Shown piece after piece: positions 44,602 through 56,990 of a stretch of DNA of 64,000 bases. The DNA comes from an uncultured Methanosarcinaceae archaeon (GTDB lineage Archaea > Halobacteriota > Methanosarcinia > Methanosarcinales > Methanosarcinaceae). The DNA is taken from assembly GCA_963733675.1 (NCBI GenBank), contig CAVTET010000001.1, positions 864,001 to 928,000 on the forward strand. The letters run 5' to 3'. The translations under genes were made by a program, and so were the position numbers. Position 1 is the stretch's first letter. Every line of letters begins with the position of its first letter. A model generated the notes under the pieces. It did no database searches. It had not been told where the DNA came from and saw only the letters and a program-made list of their open reading frames with translations.

Positions 44602-44639
44602 TAAGTCAAAAATAAACGATTGTGGGGCGATTTAAGGAA

Positions 44640-44965
44640 TTTTATTTAGTAGGTTAGGGTGATTCTACCTGTACTAATTATAATTATACTGTGGGATATG
44701 AGATCATTCATTTATTAACTGGCGTAGGAAAGGCTTCTATATACTATAATTCATGAGATAAGGATTATGTAATATTAATACTAATTAATTTTGGTTAGTA
44801 CAATTTAGAATTTATATAAAAAAATATATACTTAATTAAATTTAGTTACAATTCAAAGGTTTTCCAGTGCTTTCAAGAAAACCTACTATCGAGCTGCAGA
44901 TATTTTCTTCACCTGCAGCTAACAAAAGCAACTGTTTTTACATCTAAGACGACCGGATTACCTAT
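44640..44965 (+). repeat. Diverged dispersed non-coding repeat (copy 1), candidate promoter + sRNA
   Basis: Colinear with ~57270-57590. Confidence 0.6.
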
Positions 44966-46289
44966 ACTAATAAAAAAGAAAAAAGTTAGTCTCAAGCAAG
45001 ACCATCACATCTACTCCTTTGTTTTGAGCTGTTTATCAGTGTTATAATATAGCCTGTAAATCAAATTTCAATTTATACCACAGATATTAAGTATTGAACT
45101 CTTCAATTAACTCTTGAATGCTTTTAAAAATTAAATTATATTTAAATGTTGTACAATTAGTTGTATTGATTTACAACAAATAATCTTGTATAGACGTATT
45201 TTTAGCTAGTTTGATTAATTAATATTAGTATTAGAGTATACAACTAATAATCTAAAAATAAATATTAGTAACTTATGTCTGTATAATCTTACTTCTTATA
45301 TATTAAATTATAGTTTACTTTAAATATATACAGTTTCATCTTACAAATTCAAATCTTTTGTTTTATTGGGGGGTATTGAATGAAAACAGACACTCTTACG
45401 ATAGATGTTTACGATAAGTATGGCAAGAAATTAATCACAGGAATTACGCCGGTAAATCAACCAATCAGACACTGTCGATTCTTAAAGACCATAGAGAGCC
45501 ATGAAAATTATACTAGAATATGAAATAATCAGGGGCGATTTTAATCCCCATACCAATTTGTGTTAATAAAAAACTGCTTACATGTCAATATTTAACTAAG
45601 TTTGCCGTTTTTTATGCACAAGTGATTGAAAATATTTTTTGTTTTGATATACTATGTCTCATTTTTATGATCGCTACGGTGGAAACAGTCAACTCTCATA
45701 ACAAGTGTGTAGATTGTAGCAAAATATCGATTACAGGATTAAAACTCAATGTAGTAACAGAAACTGTTCCTATTAAAGTAAAATTTATTGGATTTTTTAA
45801 AGATCCCACATCTAGAGTTAGATATACGGTTACTAATCTCATTAGTGGTGCACAAATCTGCAATTTTTATAACAAATACCGGGAATTTATGACGTTACTA
45901 TGAGTGTCTACGGTCCATACAAATTTGTGTGAATAAAGTCCTAAATGACGTTAGTATTAAATCAATAGTTCCATCAAGAAGCCAGGTAAAAGTTGCTACA
46001 GATGCTGATGCAAGAGCATAAGGTAGCCTGAGAGCCACATCATCACTTTTTACTTTCCATATCGGTAGGTAAGCTCATGATATTATTGCATAAGTTACCC
46101 TTTAATTAAAATTATATGAAATAAGTGTAAAAATTATTTAGTTTTTTGTACATATTTCGATTCTAAAAAGGCTAAAGTGGTTTCCAGAGAGTTTACTCCC
46201 TGATAAAACCTCATTTTTTGGCTGAATTTGCTTTACAAATCGTATCGAGAGACAAAATTAGTATGCTAGTTCAATTTTACTACCGGGCC

Positions 46290-46830
46290 ATGGCAATACG
46301 CATCGCAGGTTCCTTGTCTTCTATCAGCTGACTGCTCATATCCACAATCACACTGTGAACATTGCCTGTGAACTCAAAGGTAGGCTGGTAGTCAGATGCC
46401 ATTTGCCGATAGCATAGATATTATAACTATGCTACAGAAACAGCTCTGACAAAAAGCCATTCTCAAAAGCTATATAACCATTCTAGCCTGGATAGCATAC
46501 TGAGCCTTCGGTGATGCAGACCATGTTGTTATAACGGTGGCTTCGGCCGGTAAGCATGCATGAGCAGTTAGTTGAGCATAGCGCATTAGTATGCATATTG
46601 CTGTAAGCAAGACCACTAGCACCAAGCTATCCAGATGGGGTGTTTGATAGGACTTCCATAGCAACCAAGTTGTCCAAATTCTGGGTCGTCTAGAACAATG
46701 AATAGTACGTTAGGTGCATTTTCTTTAGCGCGTAGCGGTTTCCGGCCAAGCTGGTTCTGACTTATCCGCTGTGTGCTCAATTACACCTGGAAAAGTGGTT
46801 CATTATGTGTATTTTTTCAATGACAAATCT
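46290..46830 (-). pseudogene. Arylsulfatase remnant
   Basis: FPGVI..TADKSEPAWP.PLRAKENAPNVLFIVLDD..FGQLGCYGSPI.TP..D and YAIGKWHL in broken frames. Confidence 0.8.
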
Positions 46831-47219
46831 ATTTTCTCCAACCGTTAATCGATACTTTGAAAATCAATTTCTTGCCTAATTATCAATTCTGAAAAAAGAT
46901 AAAGTGATTTATTCATCACTTCTTTGATCTATCAGTTTAAATTGTAAATATAATTATGTTTTAATTATATTGAATGAACTATTAAAATTGTTTCTAAATA
47001 AACTTACTTTCACATAGACTATTTTAAAAATAGTGTATCTTCTTTTCCTAAATAAATTCAAATTAAAAATCAATAGCAGACAACTTTATTGAATTTTGTT
47101 GTACTTTTTTTAATATTTTTTTTGTACTTACTGGCCATGTGATCTGTCAGAATTAACATATTTATATATGTAATATAAATGATTGAGTTTATATATATAT
47201 TGTAAAAAAATTAAGATTT

Positions 47220-47570
47220 TTATTTTCCCAGTTTGTTCTTGAGCATATCAATAGCTACACTGAGCTGATTCAGACCCAGCTTCAGGGCCGCAGTAATGAT
47301 TTTATTATTCGAAGTATCGCAAAACTGTTGCTTGATTGAAAATAAATCCATTATGCATTGCTGATCCAGTACAAGTGGTCCATCAAGCAGATCTTTTGAG
47401 GTAGGCTTATTTTTAAGTTCGACTTTCCTTGAATCGATATTTGATCTGTTTTCTGATTTTGTACTTCTTCCTCCATGTTCAGGTGCTTCAGAATCTTGCC
47501 CTTGGATATACTCCATTTGCTGAAGGCAGTGAGTAAGACAATTTTTTTTAATAAAATCTTCAACTTCCAT
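47220..47570 (-). CDS. Hypothetical protein
   Basis: 116-aa ORF, no recognisable motif. Confidence 0.4.
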   Translation of the reverse strand: MEVEDFIKKNCLTHCLQQMEYIQGQDSEAPEHGGRSTKSENRSNIDSRKVELKNKPTSKDLLDGPLVLDQQCIMDLFSIKQQFCDTSNNKIITAALKLGLNQLSVAIDMLKNKLGK

Positions 47571-49062
47571 TTCATTAATAGCTGCATATTTTTTTATTTG
47601 ATCAAGCTGCTCTTCAGAAAAAGATATACAGAGCAGGGTTTCGCCACTTTCTTCGCTTATCCTAAACCCTCCAGGTGCGTTTACGTTTTCATTGCATCCT
47701 TAGCTTCTTTTATCCTGTGTTTTATACGTTTTCCACGTCTTAGTCTATGCTTTATTAAATCCTAGTTCTTGAGACTCTTAATATACTCTAGAATCGCAAA
47801 AATTCAATATTATTTCCCGAATTAGTGGCTTCAATGAATCAGGAGCCCAGAAAATAATAAAAAGTCTCTAGTTCTTTCACTAATCTGTTCTTTATTAAGG
47901 TTTTCTTTTAATTTCAGTAGTGCCAAATATCGTTAGTTCTGGAAGTACTTAGACAAACTAGAAAAATGTAATAAAAGCAAATATGGAATTTTTTGAATAA
48001 AAAGCTGAAATAAATGAGAGTATTCTTTACCTAAATATATTTAGCGCATTGATTTACAGAATAATGGAAATACCGAATAATGTCTACAAATAGAGTTGGA
48101 GCTGGAATAAATTATGGAGAAGACACCTTAAAGGTAAGGATAGTGAATAAATATAGCTACATAACTATTATATGTAGTTTTGCAGGGTGCATTGTAGTAG
48201 TTATTCTATATGCACTCATAATAAAAATGCTCAAATATGTGTTTTGGACGGAAATATCCATTGATGTCGTGTAAGATATCTGAATAGTCATGGATATATA
48301 AATAAAGCTGAGATGATGGATGGGGATTCATCAGTTTTCAGTATCAAATACACGCCGCCGAATATTCTGTGATACATTTTGCTCTTAATTCAAGTTTAAC
48401 TACTAATCTAAGACTAGATGCACTTGGATTGATAGCTACTTATGAGAAAAGCTGTGAAGAGTGAGAAATGAACATATATGCCGAAAGAAAATATATTCTT
48501 TTTTAAGAACGCAGCGTTAAACAGTATTTAGAGAAGCGAAAGCAAAGCTAGGTAGTTTAAAATAACCTCCTAGTAACAAGCTTAGACCAGGGAATTTCTT
48601 ACTTTGACCTTATTTAATAAGTTTGATTCTTATAGAGCATTTTCCAATTTCTACTATTATATATCACTTTAGCAGATCTTTGCCTTAATATTGTTTTAAA
48701 AATTAATTTGACTTTAATTTCATGCTGATAATTCGATGTCTTGTTCGTGAATTATTGATCAAATCTGGAAAAAGATTGCTACCAATACATTTGGGAAATA
48801 TGCGAAGAAATTCCTATGCTCATTGTTTTTAGTAACTCACTAACATGGCAAAAAATTAGTTTACCATGAAATCCACTCATGTCTATTATGAGGATGCTAA
48901 GCCACATGGATCTTGATATTGAATCAACTACTTTTAAACTTGTATTTACATAACTTTTAAATCCATTTCAGTGAGCGTACCGAGTAGGACAGTGAACTGC
49001 AGAACCTTAACTCTGCAGGAGTAACTCGGATTTATATATAATGTCCAAGCTTTTAATGAATA

Positions 49063-50531
49063 ATGGTCAAAATCAGCTTCAAACAGGGAACCCTGCTTAT
49101 AAAAGGCAATGTACGGGTCCCAAATGCAATATGGGACGAGAGGAGTGGAAGCTTAAGGGTTCTTGCTATATATTATAGGGACACTGTAAACTATTTGAGA
49201 AACTCAAACATTCAGTTTGAAGATAGCGTGCTTAGCCTCCTTCCCTGTCCTGACCTTTCAGCAGCATATGAAGCTTCAGGAACAAAACTGAAATTAAGAG
49301 ATTATCAGGCAGAAGCTCTCGTTTCCTGGGGTGAAAACGACAAATGGGGCGTACTTGTCCTGCCTACAGGCAGCGGAAAGACCCTTGTTGGAATTCGGGC
49401 TATAGCTGGGTGCAATACCCCTACTCTTGTGATCGTCCCTACCCTTGATTTGCTCGAGCAGTGGAAAAAGCAGCTCAAAGAGAGTTTTTCCATGGAAATC
49501 GGACAGCTTGGGGGTGGGGGAAAAAAATTCTTCCTATCACAGTTTCTACATATGACTCTGCCTATATTCAAGCCGAAAATCTTGGGAACATGTTTGGCCT
49601 CGTTATTTTTGATGAGGTACATCATCTACCTGCAGTAGGGTACAGAAACATTGCTGAATTTTCCGCAGCTCCTTACAGGCTTGGGCTGACAGCCACATAC
49701 GAACGAGAAGATGATCTACACTCGGAATTGAACAGGCTTATCGGGGGGAAGGTATATGAAAAGCAGGTCTCGGAACTTGCAGGCGGACACCTTGCCACCT
49801 ACAAGATTAAGCTGGTAACTACTAAGCTTACGGAAGAGGAACGAAAGGAGTATGAGCAGCATTATTCTATTTTCCTTAACTATATCAGAAAAACTAGAAC
49901 AATAATAAAAGGGCCACAGGATTTTCAAAAGCTTGTAATTAAAAGCGGGCGGGACCCAGAAGCCCGAAAGGCTCTACTCGCAAGAAATGAGGCAAGATAC
50001 CTTGCTTTCAACAGCAACTCAAAACTTGAAAAACTAAAAGAGATTCTGGAGACACATAAAGAAGACAGGATCTTTATTTTTACGGAACACAACCGCTTTG
50101 TCCACCAAATTTCCAGAGAATTTTTCATCCCTGCAATTACCTACAGGACACCTGCGAAAGAGAGGAGTTCTATTCTTGAAAAGTTCAGGGCAGGAAAATA
50201 TAGGGCTGTTGTTACATCAAAGGTACTTGACGAGGGCATCGATGTCCCTGAAGCAAACATAGGAATTATAGCAAGCGGGACAGGCAGCAAGCGGGAATAT
50301 ATCCAGCGCCTCGGGAGAATCCTGAGAAAGGCAGAAGGAAAGAAAGCCATACTCTACGAAATTATCTCTGAAGAAACAACCGAAACCGGAACTGCAAGGA
50401 GGAGAAAAGAAGCTTTTTCGGTCCAAAAAAACTCACTGGAAACAGGAAAAAAGTTCGATAGAGAGGAAAAAAATACTGAAAACCCCAAAAATCCTAAAAG
50501 TTTTGGAGGGAGCTCTCCTGCTCACATCTGA
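49063..50531 (+). pseudogene. xpb: XPB/Rad25-like DEAD/DEAH helicase split by a -1 frameshift in a G5A7 run
   Basis: LRDYQ, LPTGSGKT in ORF1; TYDS, DEVHH, LGLTAT, LDEGIDVP, QRLGRILR in ORF2; junction at 49516-49527. Confidence 0.85.
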
Positions 50532-52311
50532 TCTTCTTATAACTCGCATCTCTAAGGGGAAGATAAAGCCTTCATATGCAGCTTTTGAGCCCGAAAACCT
50601 GGAAATTTCCAGACTCCTGATCGAAACATTCAAACAGCACATCGGGAAAACCTATGGAGACCTTTTGGTCAAACTTGAGGGTTATGAACAAATGAACTAC
50701 CGCTTTGTAAGAGGCCTCTCACAGTTGCTTGGAAGGTGTGCTATGATTGAAATAGATGCAGCTGTCGAGCCTTCTTTAGCCAGAGAAACAATCTTTGAAG
50801 CCTGTGGAGGAATGGCCCTTCATGGTGCCGAAAAAAACGAAGCACTGCAAAAGGCAGCAAAGAAACTTTCAATTTCTGTCCCGAAACTTGAAAAGGCACT
50901 ATGGGCAGATCTTGAAGAAAATCAGGTTCTAAAAAGCTTCCTTCATATTTCGCCCGCAGAACTCCTTAAACAATACAACATTTCCCTGACCCAGACCCTG
51001 CTTTTCCGCGCAATTGACTTTGATATATGGATAAGGGATGATTTTCAAAATATTTTGAGGAAGATTCTCCGTTCGGGGCTTATGTACTCCCTGAACCAGG
51101 AAACAGAAGATACTACGGGTAAGAGGGAGGAGGGGGAAACAAAAGATGATGGTAAAAAAGGGTATGAAGAACTAAAAGATGTTCATCTTCATATTGAAGG
51201 GCCAGCCTCTCTTTTCAGAATGTCTGAGCGTTACGGGAATTCCTTTGCAAAAATATTCCCGACCTTGATGAAATCAAAAAGCTGGAGACTGAAGGCAGGA
51301 ATTCTCTACAAAGGTTACCAAGGAAAACGTATCCTCGAATTTACCCTTGACTCAGATGAAGTATTCAAATCTATACCCGAAGAAACCAAATGCTTGGATG
51401 CCTGTTCTTCAGAATTTCAGCTTAAAGAAAAAAAGAAGGGAGATGTGACAGGGAAAGAAGTCAAAACTGGATTTTCAAAAAATGAAAATAAAACTCAGGG
51501 GAATGATGCTGAAATTGAGACATATGACAGTAAAATTGAACATATTTTCAATAGTCTCAGTTTAGGTAGCTGGAAAACGAAAAGGGAACCTACAATTCTC
51601 AAAGCGGGAAAATACGCTTTTGTCCCAGATTTTTCCCTGCAGAGGGAAAGCATGAAGGTATACCTGGAAATAGTGGGTTTCTGGACTCCTGAATACCTTG
51701 CAAAAAAGATTAAAAAACTCAGGGAAGTAACGGAACCTGTTATTCTCCTGATTAACAGGGGACTTAAGTGTTCTGTAAAAGACTTCCCTGCTCAGGAAGT
51801 TGTTTTCTTTGACACGAAGATTCCGATAAATGAAGTCATGCAGATCCTAAAAAAATACGAGAAAAAGAAATTTGCAGAGGACTACTCAATACTGCAGAAA
51901 ATGAAAATCCCACTTTCTGAAGAACTGGTAAACCTTGAGGAAATCGCAATTGAGAAAAAAGTACTTCTTGAAGCCTTAAAAGAAGTAATTGCGGACAGGC
52001 AGACTAAATCCAGGAAATGCGGAGAATTCGAGGTATCTAGAGAGTTAGAGAAATGTGGAAATTATGCACTCCTTGGAAACTACTTAATCCACAGAAGGCT
52101 TCTTGAGAGAATAAAACTAGAATTTGAAAAGCCCGGCACAGCAGAGACATATGCAAGTGCATTAAAGGTTTTTGAGAAATTCAAGTTTGATAGCAGCCTT
52201 TATTATCCTATTCTCGAAAAACTTGGGTATAAAGTTATCTGGGCAGGGCTGAGTGAAGAAGAGGCAAAAATAATAAAAATTTCTAAAATAACTGAACAAC
52301 ACAAATATTAA
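50518..52311 (+). CDS. bax1: Bax1 (DUF790) endonuclease, XPB partner
   Basis: LTSDLL start region, YNISLTQTLLF, IEGPASLF...RYG, FVPDF, YLEIVGFWTPEYL; overlaps the XPB end; start codon uncertain. Confidence 0.88.
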   Translation: MLTSDLLITRISKGKIKPSYAAFEPENLEISRLLIETFKQHIGKTYGDLLVKLEGYEQMNYRFVRGLSQLLGRCAMIEIDAAVEPSLARETIFEACGGMALHGAEKNEALQKAAKKLSISVPKLEKALWADLEENQVLKSFLHISPAELLKQYNISLTQTLLFRAIDFDIWIRDDFQNILRKILRSGLMYSLNQETEDTTGKREEGETKDDGKKGYEELKDVHLHIEGPASLFRMSERYGNSFAKIFPTLMKSKSWRLKAGILYKGYQGKRILEFTLDSDEVFKSIPEETKCLDACSSEFQLKEKKKGDVTGKEVKTGFSKNENKTQGNDAEIETYDSKIEHIFNSLSLGSWKTKREPTILKAGKYAFVPDFSLQRESMKVYLEIVGFWTPEYLAKKIKKLREVTEPVILLINRGLKCSVKDFPAQEVVFFDTKIPINEVMQILKKYEKKKFAEDYSILQKMKIPLSEELVNLEEIAIEKKVLLEALKEVIADRQTKSRKCGEFEVSRELEKCGNYALLGNYLIHRRLLERIKLEFEKPGTAETYASALKVFEKFKFDSSLYYPILEKLGYKVIWAGLSEEEAKIIKISKITEQHKY

Positions 52312-52970
52312 AGAATTTTAATAAACTCCTAAATTTAGTCATATGCTTATAAATTGTATATAAATGACTCGAGAGAATTAGAAGTTTATAGAAATCTTCA
52401 ATCAATTGATAAATGCATAGTTTGTCTGAAAAACAATACATCGCTGTTTTTAGATGACTATGTTCTATCTCACATAGTAGCTTTTTTGGTTTCCTGTCGG
52501 AATTTAGATCAAAAGTTTTTTCCAGAACAGCTGTTTTACAAATTGAAATGTTGTTGGCCTGAGGGCATTATTAAAATTTTTAAAAGTTTGATAACTAAAA
52601 ATAATGTAACAATTTTCTGAGTAATAACTAAATATAATTATTTAGTGGTAAAATTTACTTTGCAGATTAAAGCCTTATTCATATTTGTTTTTACAGTTAT
52701 TTCTCATCATTAAATATCTAAACAAACGTTAAGAAGCTTAAAATGAAAAAAACCAGTTGTGATAAAACAAGTAGAGGATATGCCCTCATAAGAGCTTTAG
52801 AAATCACTATATTGGTGCTCTTAATCGTGGTATGTATGTAGCACAACAATGTTTCTATAAAAGATGGACATATGAAAAGTGTGATGTATATAAAACTCAT
52901 TTTTTGGAATAACCAAACTTTTTCATAGGAATATTTTTTGATTCATAAATTCGGCTGTCTCGAGATCGGT

Positions 52971-53858
52971 TCAACGTTTAAGCGAATAAACTTTAACCAT
53001 GTGGTGTGGATGATACCGTATCTTTGCTTCTCGAAGACCAGAGACACCAAGATCGCTCTCTCGGTTGATATATTTCACTTCTCCAGCAAGAACCATTGCA
53101 GTATCCTTGCTGATAGCTTTGTAGATTCCGTTATATTCCGGCAAACCTTTCTCAAAATGAACAAGTGCAGTGTCTGCATTGAGACGTTCAAAAAGGGAAA
53201 TGGCACCTACCTGCGAATTAACCCGAATCAAGCGACCTTTAAGGGGAAGCTCGGCTAAATGCTCAATTGCATAGGCAGCTGCCTCTATTTCGTGGGAAAG
53301 GAAGGAATCGTTTTCACATCCTTTCCACTCACGCCACTTCACTAGAAAACTCATTATCTTTTCATTGTCTTTAGCTGTGATATTCTCTATCGTGTGGCTG
53401 TAATTATTCCAAAACTTTCTGATATGATTACGGATCTTAACATAGTTCTTTCCTGGGAGTTCTGCAAGGTCAGTAGCCTTGTAAACATAATCGAAGTGGT
53501 TTCTGTCGGGCACCAACATGAGATTGGGATCGATTTTCTGTAACCACCGCGCTGTATCCGGATCAATTAACACAAGGGGTGTGTCGTCGCCCACATACAG
53601 CGCCAGCCGTACAAGCGCACGCATGAGAGTTGGATCATGGGGACCGATAGGCGAATGGAATCGTGTCACTCCTCTAATAGTGCTTGAAATAATCACATTT
53701 TTATTCACGTAAGTATACCGGTAATGAGCAAAATGGTTCCAGCAAACCATGTTAGTGAACATATTGCTGCTGTGGATTTGTGGATAGGATGCATAATGGT
53801 TCTCGAAAAAAGCTCGGTCCTCTAGTCTTACAGGTTTGAAATCCTCCTGATCAAGCAT
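52971..53858 (-). CDS. DUF2156 / phosphatidylglycerol lysyltransferase C-terminal-like protein
   Basis: DYVY...DLAELPGK, VHFEKG, YINRESDLGVSGLREAK..YHP motifs. Confidence 0.88.
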   Translation of the reverse strand: MLDQEDFKPVRLEDRAFFENHYASYPQIHSSNMFTNMVCWNHFAHYRYTYVNKNVIISSTIRGVTRFHSPIGPHDPTLMRALVRLALYVGDDTPLVLIDPDTARWLQKIDPNLMLVPDRNHFDYVYKATDLAELPGKNYVKIRNHIRKFWNNYSHTIENITAKDNEKIMSFLVKWREWKGCENDSFLSHEIEAAAYAIEHLAELPLKGRLIRVNSQVGAISLFERLNADTALVHFEKGLPEYNGIYKAISKDTAMVLAGEVKYINRESDLGVSGLREAKIRYHPHHMVKVYSLKR

Positions 53859-54419
53859 CGCAGATTACCCCAGTATATCAAGAGGACATGCCCCTCTATA
53901 TGGCCAAAGCCTAATGATTGGCAAAGATTTTCCGAGCTTCGCTCGGTAACAAGGCTTCAAATACATATTCAAGACCTTCATATTGGAATCAAGATTTTAT
54001 ACTCGTTTTTCTGTATTTACTTACGATTACAAGATAGTAAATGAAGCATAAATTCTACATTTCACTGATTACACAGATAAGGGATTTATTTGCGAATTTG
54101 TTCATGATTATTCATTAAAAGTTAAGTTAATTTAACGTGAAAGTATTTGACTAAACTGGCTCCTCAAATCCTTTCTGCATCTTTTTGTGTACAATTAAAA
54201 TTATTTCATGAATTATTTTGGCATGAAAGTACATGAGATTATCTTCCTCACACAATCTCCACTTAATATTTTCCCCATAATTGTGATTATTGAACTAATT
54301 CAACATGAAAGTAAGTGACTAAACTGATTCTTCCCGCACTCTTTACCCCCTCTTTTTCCATAATTGTGATTATTCCACGAATTATTTTTATACGTTCAGC
54401 AACCTAGAGTGTTTCAGTC

Positions 54420-54840
54420 TCAACAATCTTCCTCTTTTGAATTCCTCCCTCTTTATTACCCTTTTCGTCTTCGTATATCTACTCAATTGCAGTCATATGA
54501 CATTTTATTGTGGCAATTTTCCTTACTGGAGCAATAATTACCTTTGAATGTCCTATTGATTCCCTCTTCGTTTAAAGAACTCATTTAACTTGCTATTTTC
54601 TCTCTTGCTGCTGCCTTAGCAATAAGCTTTGGAATCCACCTTGCTAATTAAGATCGTCTCTTTGTTATTCTATTGTTGTAGAATTTATCAGCAGATTGAT
54701 ATGCATTCGAAACTGTCACAGGCCGAAGAAAGCTGTTCTACTGAATAAAAATCCTTTAAATTGTTATTTCAGCAATTAGAATTACTGAACTACTTTTCCA
54801 ATAACCAGAAACCGACATTAAAATTTCCGTATCAATTTTA
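54420..54840 (-). mobile_element. IS110-family transposase C-terminal relic
   Basis: Broken frames read EILMSV.G....LIAEI..KDF, YQSADK..N.RITKR, ARW..IAKAAAR, KVIIA..RKIAT. Confidence 0.65.
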
Positions 54841-55286
54841 TGCTTTCAATAAAAATATTTAAAAATTTTTACCTCCAAAGTTTCAATTTAATCATCAAGA
54901 TCTTTTATAATATCCACACATATTTTGAAGCCTAAATATAGCACTGTGAGATATTTCAATGTTCATAATTTATTTCATCTAACACTTTTTTTACTAACAG
55001 TTGACTAAAGGCTTTCTATTAACTAATCAATACTCTTGCCTAAAGATATTCCTTATTTTGATAGAACTATCCGAAAACCCTTTATTCCTGATCATTAACA
55101 TAAATGAGCTTTCGTTCATCTCTTCAAAGTAAAATGTTAACTGATCTCTTTTTTCGTAATGATTCTTCCACTATCCTAAGATAATATATTATCAACTAAT
55201 AGCCTCACAGAACCCTTGATCGAAATTCTCTAGTATTAAAGAAGCTATAATATTTTTATTTCATTAAAAATCATGGCCATAGGGAT

Positions 55287-55690
55287 ATGCAGGCTGAAGA
55301 GAAGAAAATGGACACTGACAGTTCAATAATTCAAATAAATCGGCCTTCTATTTACGATAATAAACATAACTCAAGAAGGGAAATCTCAAAAAATTCGAAT
55401 GAATTTCACGGAGAAAGTAAGCATAAACCTACTGGAAATACGCTGCATCATGATCATTCGGAAGATCAAGAACTACATGCTGCCGAGAAATTAGGCCATA
55501 AACATTTTGGGGAGTGAAAACATCATAATCATGAACAGCACGAATAGATGAAACATGAACAGCATAAGGGAAGTAAACATACAGTCCATGAGAAACATGA
55601 AGCAGTGAAGCATGAAAATTATGCCCCGTCAAGAGGAAGAGACCATGAAAATCACCATGCTCATATGCTTGCAGATTTCAAAAAAATATA
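55287..55690 (+). pseudogene. His-rich N-terminal fragment of a CopB-type P1B ATPase
   Basis: His-rich broken ORF ending HENHHAHMLADFKK, the typical segment before TM1 of P1B-3 ATPases; remainder absent. Confidence 0.7.
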
Positions 55691-56392
55691 AAGTCGGTGC
55701 ACTAATATTGTTCCAATAACAGGTCAATAAAATTCATTGAGTTCGTAGGATACTGTTATGTGGGCATCGCCAACAATGAATCCTGCTCCAATTCATGATA
55801 AACTTTGCTTTCCAGAATAGTTAACTCATTTAAAGCTCGGACCCGTGCTACATAGTCCATTATATTGTAAATGAGCATTGGTTGAATGTCCTTTTACTAG
55901 GTATACTATTTTTGTCTCAATATCCCCACCTTTAACAATTTCTATATCCTGATAGCCTAACGAACTCTCAAATATCGTTGAACTCTACCCATGCTTAAGC
56001 CCATCAGCAAACAAATTATAACCACTTGGATTTGTCGTTATTTTTTGATCACCATTATTAAATAGACATTGAGTTCCAACTAAATGTTCATAACCCAGTG
56101 GAGCTACTTTTAGGCAATTTATTGATACTCGTCAACCAAATTTACACCCACCTCAACACATGCTCCAATGTCAAAGCAAAACAGATCCAAAAAACGTTGA
56201 GAAATGATATTTGCTTAGAACTATTAAGAATAGTTTTATGGGCCTTTAAGGATTCTATCCACTTGATTTTTCATTTCATAACTAAGATAATCTTTATTCC
56301 AGTAACAAAACCAGTATTATTTTACGTATGATTATTGTTTTTTACGACTTTGTGCCCTCAAGCACGAGAATACATTAGACATTAGACATTGA

Positions 56393-56746
56393 TCATTTGG
56401 TCCTATGACCCATTATTCCTGTCCTATGACCTATCATTCCTGCCCTATGACCCATCATTCCTGTCCTATTACCACTCATTCCTGTCCTATTACCACCTAT
56501 TCCTGTTCTAGTACCATTCATTCCTGTTCTATTACCCAAAGCAGCTGGAGTTACTGTATTATTTGGAGTCACTGCATTATTTGGAGTTACTGTATTATTT
56601 GGAGTTGCTGTATTATTTGGAGTTACTGTATTATTTGGAGTTACTGCATTATTTGGAGCTACACCTCTATTACCAGTGCATCCTAGTGCAAGGAATACAC
56701 AGAATAATACTAACAATACTAACAAAATAAGCAATTCTTTTCTCAT
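56393..56746 (-). CDS. Small lipoprotein made of tandem repeats
   Basis: Lipobox LALGC; 18-bp repeats (TPNN[A/T]V x~6) and 21-bp repeats (G[N/H]RTGMx x~6); GGAGG RBS. Confidence 0.8.
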   Translation of the reverse strand: MRKELLILLVLLVLFCVFLALGCTGNRGVAPNNAVTPNNTVTPNNTATPNNTVTPNNAVTPNNTVTPAALGNRTGMNGTRTGIGGNRTGMSGNRTGMMGHRAGMIGHRTGIMGHRTK

Positions 56747-56828
56747 TACTTCCCTCCACTTTAATTTAAGTTGCTTTTAATTATTGTCGACGTAGAAAAT
56801 ATTTACACATATACGCAACCATAATCAC

Positions 56829-56990
56829 AGGTAACGCCTTGAAACGTGCTGTTAATCATTGACACTAATCTCAGGCGAAAGGGTAGAAAACCTCCGCTGG
56901 CATGGAAAACCCGGAAGATAGAAAGTACTGGCACAACCTGTTCGCCTTTTGGAGGCCATAGAACGCATAGTATATTTTACGTGTCACCTA
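56829..56990. ncRNA. Candidate structured RNA upstream of the lipoprotein gene
   Basis: GC-enriched non-coding island; AGGCGAA(56873) pairs with TTCGCCT(56947), enclosing GGGT/ACCT and CTGGG/CCCGG hairpins. Confidence 0.35.

Noticed and set aside
56405-56686. Plus-strand Cys/Trp repeat ORF (SYCIIW)n as a RiPP or metallothionein
   Set aside because: It is the antisense shadow of the lipoprotein repeats; the minus-strand ORF has the RBS and lipobox
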